Assembly (NCBI RefSeq): GCF_003231495.1
Contig: NZ_PQWO01000017.1
Location: 60,001 to 92,000, forward strand
Source of the DNA: Acaryochloris thomasi RCC1774
GTDB lineage: Bacteria; Cyanobacteriota; Cyanobacteriia; Thermosynechococcales; Thermosynechococcaceae
Length of the DNA stretch: 32,000 nucleotides
Direction: 5' to 3'
A program made the position numbers and the translations under genes. Every line of letters starts with the position of its first letter. Within the stretch, counting starts at the first letter, position 1. This document shows, piece after piece, positions 17,806 to 25,388 of the stretch. A model generated the notes under the pieces. That model was not told where the DNA came from. It made no database searches and saw only the letters and a list, made by a program, of their open reading frames with translations.

Positions 17806-19113
17806 CTACGAGCCCCGACGCTTTTGCAAAAAGTCAGGAATATCAAGCCCTGAGCCAGGCTTCTTCGCGGGTGCGGGTGGGGCCGCAGCAGGGTTCTTCA
17901 CCACTTTCGCCTTGGTTCTAGCATCAGACTTAGGCTTTGCTTGCTTAATTCGAGGGGGCAGCGGCGTCGAGTCATCGCCGGTGAATCCCGTTGCAATCAC
18001 GGTGATTTTGATATCACCCTGCAGCGCCTCATCAATCACGGCTCCAAAAATAATATTTGCACCGGGATCAACCACCTCATAGATGGTGTCTGCGGCCACC
18101 CCAACCTCATGGAGCGTCAAATCAGAGCCACCTGTAATGTTGAAGACCACACCCCTTGCACCTCTGATAGAAGAATCAAGAAGAGGTGAATCAATAGCGG
18201 CTGTTGCAGCTTCCTTCGCACGAGACTTTCCAGAGCCAGTGCCCACGCCCATCATGGCTGAGCCAGCATCAGCCATCACAGCCCGAACATCAGCAAAGTC
18301 AACATTAATCAGGCCAGGGATACTAATGATGTCAGAGATACCTTGCACACCCTGACGCAGGATATCGTCAGCCACTCGGAAGGCCTCTTGAACAGGCGTT
18401 TGCTCTGCAACGGCAGACAAAATCTTGTCGTTGGGAATCACAATCAGCGTATCGACCCTCGACTGCAGCGCTGCAATACCTTCTTCGGCCTGATGCATCC
18501 GCCGCCGCCCTTCAAACGTGAAGGGGCGGGTCACAACGCCCACCGTCAGCGCCCCCATCTCTTTGGCGACTTCAGCTACAATCGGCGCGGCACCCGTTCC
18601 TGTGCCCCCGCCCATGCCGCAGGTAATAAAGACGAGGTCCGAGTCCGCTAAGGCTGCTGAGATCTCGTCTCGTGACTCTTCAGCAGCTTTTTGACCAATG
18701 GCAGGGTTACCACCTGCTCCTAGACCTCGAGTCAGCTTTTGTCCAACCTGAAGACGCTGCGCGTCTGAGTTTTGAGACAAAGCCTGCGCATCAGTGTTGA
18801 GGAGCCAAAACTCTACGCCCAAAACGTTACTTTCGATCATGCGGTTGACCGCATTGCCGCCACCACCGCCAACGCCCATCACCTTAATTCTTGCTGCACC
18901 ATGCGCCATGATGTAATCACTCTCTGGCTCAACAGAAGGAGTAACTGGAGCATTATCGGGTCCCAAATTATCAAGAATGGAATCCAAATCATCAAACCCT
19001 TCAGTACTCTGGGGCATACCAGCACTAAAGGAGTCACCCGCACTGGAATTGAGATGATCTAAATTAATTTTTGAACGAGGCGGGACAGAACGATTCTGCT
19101 CTTCAAATGTCAT
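17806..19113 (-). CDS. ftsZ: Cell-division GTPase FtsZ
   Basis: [17 protein letters not shown], the tubulin signature [12 protein letters not shown], and the C-terminal peptide [11 protein letters not shown]. The track start is 19197. I prefer ATG 19113 (MTFEEQ...). Confidence 0.97.
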   Translation of the reverse strand: MTFEEQNRSVPPRSKINLDHLNSSAGDSFSAGMPQSTEGFDDLDSILDNLGPDNAPVTPSVEPESDYIMAHGAARIKVMGVGGGGGNAVNRMIESNVLGVEFWLLNTDAQALSQNSDAQRLQVGQKLTRGLGAGGNPAIGQKAAEESRDEISAALADSDLVFITCGMGGGTGTGAAPIVAEVAKEMGALTVGVVTRPFTFEGRRRMHQAEEGIAALQSRVDTLIVIPNDKILSAVAEQTPVQEAFRVADDILRQGVQGISDIISIPGLINVDFADVRAVMADAGSAMMGVGTGSGKSRAKEAATAAIDSPLLDSSIRGARGVVFNITGGSDLTLHEVGVAADTIYEVVDPGANIIFGAVIDEALQGDIKITVIATGFTGDDSTPLPPRIKQAKPKSDARTKAKVVKNPAAAPPAPAKKPGSGLDIPDFLQKRRGS

Positions 19114-19321
19114 TGGGGGAGTGAATAAACGGCAAATGTAAATGAGACGTCGCGTAAACCTTAGGGCAAGTATAGGGCAAGTGTTCCGAAAAACCAATCA
19201 CAGAGACCGAAACACAACCTCAATTGCCTCGATAGATACAGAATTGAAGAGATTTTCTCTATTTAATGGCTAATTTCTTTCTAAAACAGCCGAAAAAGAT
19301 GAAATAGAGGAATTTCCTTGA

Positions 19322-20284
19322 TTAGGTGGGCGGCACTGAAGGCTCTGGAGGATTACGCATTTCTAAATCCGGCTGGTCTGGATTTTGCAGGTCAATATAA
19401 ACAATCTGTTCTATATCAATGGTGTCACTTAGGGATCGCATCTCATCTAACGCTTTTAGCTGCTTAGCGAAGTGACTGTCATCAGAACCAAGATGAATTT
19501 CACCTAACTTCGTCTTTAGCTTAAGATTGGCAAGATCTTGCCAGTTAATAGATGAAAGCTGAACGGGGCTATCTGATTTGATGACCGAACTGCTCTGCAG
19601 GACTGAATACATGCGCTGCCACTGTTTCTGTTTCTGTTGATTCAGAATCATTGGTTTAGCGTTTTGCGCTGCGGCTATTTTTTTGAGGGGAGCTACTGCG
19701 GTTTCGGGGAGAGGACTTAAGAAGTTCTCCATTTCGAGAGCGGGTAGATCTTTGGCGTTTGCGAAGGCAGGGTAATACTGTGCTGGTAATGCAACGCCCT
19801 GATCGTCAAGGATCCAGGTGTCTGCAGGGCCAATTTTCAGGGCTTTGGAATCGCCGGGGTCTGTAACGAGTAAACAGCGATCGCATCTTGTAATCGCCAC
19901 CGGGGGCCGCTCTTGAACAAAAATAGTTGCTCTGGGGGGAAAGAGCTTTCGTGAAACGAGCACCTGTTGAATATGGGCGTGCTTTTGTAGGACCGTCTCA
20001 ATCCGTTGCGGTTCTAATCGAATCAGCGATAGCGGAAAGGAGAAGGGTAGGAGTGATTCCAGCCCAGCGGTTGACAGTTGATTATTGCCCGAAATCGCAA
20101 TCTGACTCTGCTGTCGAAGCTTCCATTCTGGTTGACTCACGGCCCAGCCAAGGCCAACAGCTACGCTCAGGGTCACGAGCGTTCGCCAAGCGGCCTGCAG
20201 GAAGCGATTTTGCCGCTGCCGTTTGAGCTGTTTGTGCCGATCTCGAATGAGGTCAATTTGAGATTCTGCTGCAGGGTCTGTCAT
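19322..20284 (-). CDS. ftsQ: Cell-division protein FtsQ/DivIB family
   Basis: Basic N-terminus, a single TM segment (AAWRTLVTLSVAVGLGWAV), then a POTRA-like region (IAISGNNQLSTAGLESLL). The gene lies directly upstream of ftsZ on the same strand. Confidence 0.7.
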   Translation of the reverse strand: MTDPAAESQIDLIRDRHKQLKRQRQNRFLQAAWRTLVTLSVAVGLGWAVSQPEWKLRQQSQIAISGNNQLSTAGLESLLPFSFPLSLIRLEPQRIETVLQKHAHIQQVLVSRKLFPPRATIFVQERPPVAITRCDRCLLVTDPGDSKALKIGPADTWILDDQGVALPAQYYPAFANAKDLPALEMENFLSPLPETAVAPLKKIAAAQNAKPMILNQQKQKQWQRMYSVLQSSSVIKSDSPVQLSSINWQDLANLKLKTKLGEIHLGSDDSHFAKQLKALDEMRSLSDTIDIEQIVYIDLQNPDQPDLEMRNPPEPSVPPT

Positions 20285-20436
20285 CCCCTCTTCCTTGCCT
20301 TAAGGCTCTGGTATACATCAGTGAATATTCATAGTATTAGACCCTGACCCTCTTGCGTCGGTAAGCAGCGTACAGTTTAAAGATATCTTGGCCGTAAGAA
20401 GATGTCGCCCTTTGGCAGCGGAGCATTGAGAGCAGT

Positions 20437-21426
20437 ATGGTTTTAATTCGATCCCCGAAACCGTGGCAGAGGCAACGGCAGCGGATGACGTCAGAAACGG
20501 TCTTCTACCAACGACGTCGACTGCTCAAAGGGCTAGGGGGGATGGGCATAGGGATGGCTGCATTCTCGACGGCGAGCTGTGTCCGCCAGTCAAAAACGGG
20601 GGACCCTTCAGAGCTGGCTGCGACCTTCAAAACGTCGCGGCTAGAGGCTGAACGCAATACTCGCTATACGGTCAATCGTTCGGCAACACCTCAGGATTTA
20701 GCCGCTGGCTACAACAATTTCTACGAGTTTGGCGGCAATAAACAAATTTGGAAGGCGGCGCAAAAGCTACCGCTCAACGACTGGCAGGTGGAGGTGACAG
20801 GTCAGGTCAATAATCCGCGTACCTATAATGTCGATGATCTCAAGCAGCGATTCCCGCTAGAGGAGCGCATCTATCGATTTCGCTGTGTGGAAGCCTGGGC
20901 AATGGTGGTGCCCTGGGTGGGTTTTCCGATGCGAGCGCTGCTCAAGGAGGTTGAGCCAAAGGCAACGGCCAAATTTGTTCGCTTTACTTCTTTCTATGAT
21001 CCGGCAGTCTGCCCCGGTCCTGGTTTCTTACCTGGCTCACTGCCTTGGCCCTATACAGAGGGCTTAAGTATTGCTGAGATGGCCAACGAACTGGCCTTTT
21101 TCGCGGTGGGTATATACGGCCGGGAACTCCCGAAGCAGCATGGTGCTCCTTTAAGGATGGTTCTACCTTGGAAATATGGGTTTAAGGGAGCTAAATCCAT
21201 TGTCAAAATTGAGTTTCTTGACCAGCAGCCGGCGACGTTCTGGAATTCGCTGTCACCGAATGAATACGGATTCACTGCAAATGTCGATCCGAAAGTGCCA
21301 CACCCTCGATGGTCGCAGTCTCAAGAACGCTTACTGGGGACCGGCTCTAATTCCTATGCATGGGAGAAGCAGCCCACACTGCCCTACAACGGTTATGAGG
21401 AGTACGTGGGTAAGCTATACAGCTAG
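20437..21426 (+). CDS. msrP: Periplasmic molybdopterin-dependent protein-methionine-sulfoxide reductase catalytic subunit (MsrP/YedY family)
   Basis: Tat-type signal QRRRLLKGLGGMGIGMAAFS. The blocks YNNFYEFG, RFRCVEAWAMVVPWVGFP and GAPLRMVLPWKYGFKGAKSI match the family. An alternative start is ATG 20485. Confidence 0.8.
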   Translation: MVLIRSPKPWQRQRQRMTSETVFYQRRRLLKGLGGMGIGMAAFSTASCVRQSKTGDPSELAATFKTSRLEAERNTRYTVNRSATPQDLAAGYNNFYEFGGNKQIWKAAQKLPLNDWQVEVTGQVNNPRTYNVDDLKQRFPLEERIYRFRCVEAWAMVVPWVGFPMRALLKEVEPKATAKFVRFTSFYDPAVCPGPGFLPGSLPWPYTEGLSIAEMANELAFFAVGIYGRELPKQHGAPLRMVLPWKYGFKGAKSIVKIEFLDQQPATFWNSLSPNEYGFTANVDPKVPHPRWSQSQERLLGTGSNSYAWEKQPTLPYNGYEEYVGKLYS

Positions 21427-21490
21427 CCGCTGCACTTTTAAGATTCCGATCTCTGATATTACGGGTGCCAGGGATCAATGACTGGACCGT

Positions 21491-23014
21491 TTATGACATC
21501 GCCTGAATCTGCTTAACGGCGGTCAGGGCAGAGTAGCTAACGCCTGCGGTTCCTTCGCCGGGATGGGTGGAGTCACCTACGAGCCAAAGTCCTTTGATGG
21601 GGGTGCGGGTGGAGAAACCAAAGGGGCCAAAGTTAGGGACGCGCTGACCGATACCGCCGACGATGCCTTTCTGGCGAGCGGTAAAACGTTCAAAGGTGCG
21701 GGGAGTTCCGGCTTCTTGGTGGATGATGGTGTTTGCGTTGAGGGTGAAGTATTGACTGAGGTTTGCGATCGCATCTTCCGCATACTTCTCTTTCAAGCCT
21801 TCATAATCGTCGGTCTGCTCCCACTGATCTGGGTCGGTAAAGGTAGAGGCGATAATCGTTGCCTGACCATCGGTTGCACGACCATCACCCGGGCGACTGA
21901 CAGAAACAAATAGGGAGTTATTCTCAGCAATGGGTCCGTCAGCATCATAAAGAAACTGCAGATGCGGTGGACAGTCATCAGGAATCGCTTCAGCTGCAAC
22001 ACCTAAATAAACAACGAAAGCACCGGAGGCGGTCGGCAGTCCCTGGACTCGCTTTTGATAGCTGGCCGGAGCTGCCTTCCCCAATAGATCAACTAGATTT
22101 TGCACTGTAACGTTAGCGACAACGTGGTCCGCCGCTTCGATCCACTCGTTCTCCTTGGTATCATGCCCTTGAACTTTGAAGGGGAGATTTGCGTCGTCCT
22201 TTTTCTGGATGCTCTGCACTGAGTGTCCTAGATAGAGCTCTCCAGCAGATTTTTTGAGCGCTTCGACCAAGCAATCGCTGAGTACCTGCATACTGCCGTA
22301 TAGGTGGGAAAGTCCCTGAGGATGCTGCGATACTCCAAGTGCAGTAGCGGCATAGAGTAGAGCCGTTTCTTCGGCATCCACTTGGGAATAAAGCTTGAGC
22401 TGTAAATCTAAAAATGTTTTGAGGCGATGATCATGCCCCAATCCAAACGCTCGGAGCGTCTGCCCTACAGTGGAAAAGATATGGGGGACTGTCTTTAGCG
22501 TGGCAGGCCGCAGCGCCTGCACAGCCTGCCACACATCCCAAGGGCTGCGGGGCGGAATCACGGGGTCGCGGGACTGGAAAGCCCAATTGACCTCAAAAAG
22601 ATCGGCCATCAGTTGCCAAAACCTCTCACTGCCGGGGAACTGTCGTTGGCGCTCGGCTTTCCACTGGTCAGGATCGCGCCAAACAGAGATGGGGCGATCT
22701 TCTCCAGGCAAGAAAACAGCGCAGGCCGGATCGCAGGGACTAGCGGCAGGGAGATCGATACCGAGTTCAGTGAAGATGCGGTGATGAATGCCGCCAGGTT
22801 CGAGGCCCGCAACCTGGGTAGCACCCACATCAAAGGTGAATCCTCGACGCTTGAAGGTTGAGGCACATCCGCCAGGGATTTGGGCTTGCTCAAAGATTTT
22901 GACCTGATAGCCTCGGTGCGCCAATAGAGATGCTGCCGTGAGACCACCGATCCCGGCTCCGATTACGACGACTTTGCAGCCAGTCGGTGAAGGTACCTGT
23001 TGCGCTTGGGGCAT
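21491..23014 (-). CDS. crtD: FAD-dependent phytoene-desaturase-family oxidoreductase, probably carotenoid C-3',4' desaturase CrtD
   Basis: The dinucleotide-binding motif is KVVVIGAGIGGLTAASLLAHRGYQVKIFE. The block IPGGCASTFKRRGFTFDVGATQVAGLEPGG matches my recollection of cyanobacterial CrtD better than CrtH. C-terminal block LWLVGDSTHPGEGTAGV. The subfamily call is an inference. Confidence 0.55.
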   Translation of the reverse strand: MPQAQQVPSPTGCKVVVIGAGIGGLTAASLLAHRGYQVKIFEQAQIPGGCASTFKRRGFTFDVGATQVAGLEPGGIHHRIFTELGIDLPAASPCDPACAVFLPGEDRPISVWRDPDQWKAERQRQFPGSERFWQLMADLFEVNWAFQSRDPVIPPRSPWDVWQAVQALRPATLKTVPHIFSTVGQTLRAFGLGHDHRLKTFLDLQLKLYSQVDAEETALLYAATALGVSQHPQGLSHLYGSMQVLSDCLVEALKKSAGELYLGHSVQSIQKKDDANLPFKVQGHDTKENEWIEAADHVVANVTVQNLVDLLGKAAPASYQKRVQGLPTASGAFVVYLGVAAEAIPDDCPPHLQFLYDADGPIAENNSLFVSVSRPGDGRATDGQATIIASTFTDPDQWEQTDDYEGLKEKYAEDAIANLSQYFTLNANTIIHQEAGTPRTFERFTARQKGIVGGIGQRVPNFGPFGFSTRTPIKGLWLVGDSTHPGEGTAGVSYSALTAVKQIQAMS

Positions 23015-23228
23015 GAGGTAGAGGTTGTTTATATAAATTAATGATAGCGTTTCTCAGTATCAGCCCCTCGGAGATCTATTTTATACAAGTGATGCTTACA
23101 GAAAAATTGCGCATTGCTGAGATCTCGCTGTGGATCAATTTTATTGTTTTGAATTGAATTGATTACTCAGGAGGATTGAAGTAAAAATTTAGCTTGATCC
23201 TGACAAGCAAAACATACGAAGACATAGC

Positions 23229-24068
23229 GGTTCTGTTGCATTAACTTTTCAGGGCACAAGAATGGAAGCTTCCCCCTGATTTTTTAAACAGCAACCCCAA
23301 AGATCTCGGAAATGAAGTGATTCTGAGACCGGAGATATCCTTTCTCAATGCCGACGATCTGCCCCTTCCGAATCGCATTCATTGTCTCGTATCCTCGGAT
23401 CGTTCGCTTGGCGCTCCAGAAGTTCTGAAAGCCCAGTCCTGCCTTGACTTTATGTTTTATGAATCGGTGGTCCTGTTCCAAAATATTGTTCATGTACTTC
23501 ACCGGACGGTGTTCCGTCGCTTCAGATAACTCACCTGACTGTTGGAGAGCCTCAATTGCGCCAGGATAGACGGCGTACTTATCCGTATTGATGACTCTGG
23601 GCATCTGCTCTACATGCTCTCGCTGTAAGACCTTACGCAGAAAGCGTTTAGCGGCGTTGGTGTCCCGCCTTGCCATGAGCAAAAAGTCGAGCATGAAACC
23701 CGATGAATCAATTGCTCTCCAGAGGTAATAGGACCGTCCCTGGATATCGATGTATGTTTCATCGATTCTCCATGAGTCATGGGTGGGGCACAAGTGACGG
23801 CGGGCGACACCGCTCATTTAACTCTGGGCTATATCGCTGCACCCACCTGTAAATACTGAAACGGTTGACGTAGATCCCTCGCTCACTGAGCATGTCAACA
23901 ACATCTTGATAGCTCAAGCGATAGCGAAGATACCAGCGTACAGCCATCAAGATGATGAAGGATGGAAAGCGGCGTCGTTTGAAAGGTTGATCAACTGGCA
24001 TTGCTGGAAAGCTGGAACCGCAAGAATCTCAACCTACCATCTCAGGTCACAGTTAACGCAACAGAACC
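23229..24068 (-). mobile_element. IS6 (IS26-like) family insertion sequence, 840 bp, both ends present
   Basis: The terminal inverted repeats are GGTTCTGTTGCATTAAC (23229-23245) and GTTAACGCAACAGAACC (24052-24068), matching at 16 of 17 positions. They resemble the IS26 end GGCACTGTTGCAAA. The internal ORFs align with my recollection of Tnp26 (FKGRHF..IILWAVRWY...STIYRWVQRYAPE; DETY; INTDK; DH..K). The flanking octamers gacatagc and gtttgcct differ, so there is no target-site duplication. Confidence 0.9.
23284..24001 (-). pseudogene. IS6-family DDE transposase split into 74-aa and 177-aa ORFs by a single frame change
   Basis: The N-terminal ORF ends ...YRWVQRYSPELNERCRPPSLVPHP*. The +1 frame over the same bases reads ARRHLCPTHDSWRIDETYIDIQG and carries the DDE residues (DETY, NTDK, EQDHR). 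The break lies in tgt cgc ccg ccg tca c, near 23795-23810. IS6 transposases are normally a single ORF of about 235-240 aa. Confidence 0.85.
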
Positions 24069-24125
24069 GTTTGCCTCCATCCAACTCTGCCGTGGAAGTT
24101 TTGTTCTGACCGGGATGGCATCTCA

Positions 24126-24150
24126 GCCATAAGTTAGCCATAAGTTAGCC
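24126..24150. repeat. 11-bp tandem duplication GCCATAAGTTA x2 (plus partial GCC), bracketed by TCTCAGCC on each side
   Basis: The sequence reads TCTCAGCC-ATAAGTTAGCC-ATAAGTTAGCC-TT-TCTCAGCC across 24121-24160. It lies 67-106 nt upstream of the cargo ORF start. Confidence 0.85.
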
Positions 24151-24226
24151 TTTCTCAGCCCTGAACGTAGCCATCTGTTGGGTCTAATGGGATTAAAGAG
24201 TTCAATACATATTTTGAGTTACTACC

Positions 24227-24706
24227 ATGAATATGAAACTACTTGGTTCTTCGCTTATTACAGCGTCTTTGCTTATGGGAACCGTGCTCAATGAAGGAGC
24301 GTTGGCAGGCTCACACATAAAAATATTCCGCTCCCGCCACCATAAAGTCTTCCACCCTCACCACCGTAAAGTCTTCCGCGTGCATCACCATCGTTCTCGT
24401 TCTTGCAGAGCGAATCATAATCGTCGCAACTATATAGTAACGATTGCAAATCAGACTAGTAAGCAACAGATCTATTGGATTGATGGAAACAAATACCAGT
24501 TATCACCAGGAGGTCAATACACCCACAACAAGATCATTGGAGGTGATAGCAGATGCAGAAAAGGCAGTATTGCATTACCTCTACTCGAGTTTGATAAATA
24601 TGCAAATGATAAACAATTTACTTCAAAGGTAGTCAGACTCAATGGCAGAACAAGTTACTACTATTTTGATGGGGTTTCAAATACTATATCTCTGAAAAAG
24701 GGATAA
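24227..24706 (+). CDS. Secreted His/Arg-rich protein of unknown family (cargo between the IS copies)
   Basis: 159-aa ORF with the signal peptide MNMKLLGSSLITASLLMGTVLNEGALA. The mature N-terminus is GSHIKIFRSRHHKVFHPHHRKVFRVHHHRSRSCRANHNRRNY, with about 10 His and 13 Arg/Lys in about 40 aa. A ~95-aa Tyr/Gly/Asn-rich C-terminal part with a second Cys follows. GC is low: 40% and 33% in two hand-counted 60-nt samples. I recognise no family. Confidence 0.6.
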   Translation: MNMKLLGSSLITASLLMGTVLNEGALAGSHIKIFRSRHHKVFHPHHRKVFRVHHHRSRSCRANHNRRNYIVTIANQTSKQQIYWIDGNKYQLSPGGQYTHNKIIGGDSRCRKGSIALPLLEFDKYANDKQFTSKVVRLNGRTSYYYFDGVSNTISLKKG

Positions 24707-24930
24707 GGGTTTTTGCACCATTCTTATTTTGTTTTCATTACAGTTTCTGCGTTGGGATATCGGCGGTTATGTTCTCACTGCCGATATCCGCTACCAGTTG
24801 TCACGTTAGGTAACAAATAAAAAACAATGCCCACTTTCTATCTTCTATGAGTTGAGTAACTTATCAAGCTTGGTCAGTACAGCTTTAATTTCTCGTTTCT
24901 TTTTAGGGTTCTCCCAGACAGTAGAATGTC

Positions 24931-25219
24931 GGTTCTGTTGCATTAACTTTTCAGGGCACAAGAATGGAAGCTTCCCCCTGATTTTTTAAACAGCAACCCC
25001 AAAGATCTCGGAAATGAAGTGATTCTGAGACCGGATATCTCCTTTCTCAATGCCGACGATCTGCCCCTTCCGAATCGCATTCATTGTCTCGTATCCTCGT
25101 ATCGTTCGCTTGGCGCTCCAGAAGTTCTGAAAGCCCAGTCCTGCCTTGACTTTATGTTTTATGAATCGGTGGTCCTGTTCCAAAATATTGTTCATGTACT
25201 TCACCGGACGGTGTTCCGT
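24931..25219 (-). mobile_element. Truncated second copy of the same IS6 element (terminal 289 bp only, same orientation)
   Basis: 24931-25219 is collinear with 23229-23517 and I found 3 mismatches. It includes the IR GGTTCTGTTGCATTAAC and the last 72 codons of the transposase (track ORF 24986..25204). Identity stops abruptly after ...GGTGTTCCGT. Confidence 0.9.
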
Positions 25220-25388
25220 TTAGTAGTACCATTGCAAGGTCTCTCCAGAATCGAATGATTATTCGGGCTTACTGCGAGATGTAAGTCTAAGAAAAATCTA
25301 TTTACTAAGTGTATATTCCAAAGAAGGAGAGCTATCTGCTTCAAAGAATATGGAGCTAGGATCTGAATGCAGGATTCTATTCGAATAC

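Noticed and set aside
17726-19062. Five plus-strand ORFs (82-118 aa) antisense to ftsZ
   Set aside because: They are antisense shadows of a highly conserved gene. They show no recognisable motifs or start context.
23153-25267. Similar AT-rich 18-19-mers on both flanks of the islet (ATTGAATTGATTACTCAGG at 23153 vs ATCGAATGATTATTCGGG at 25250)
   Set aside because: The match is about 16 of 19 positions and needs a gap, in low-complexity AT-rich DNA. This is not convincing as att-type or target-duplication repeats.
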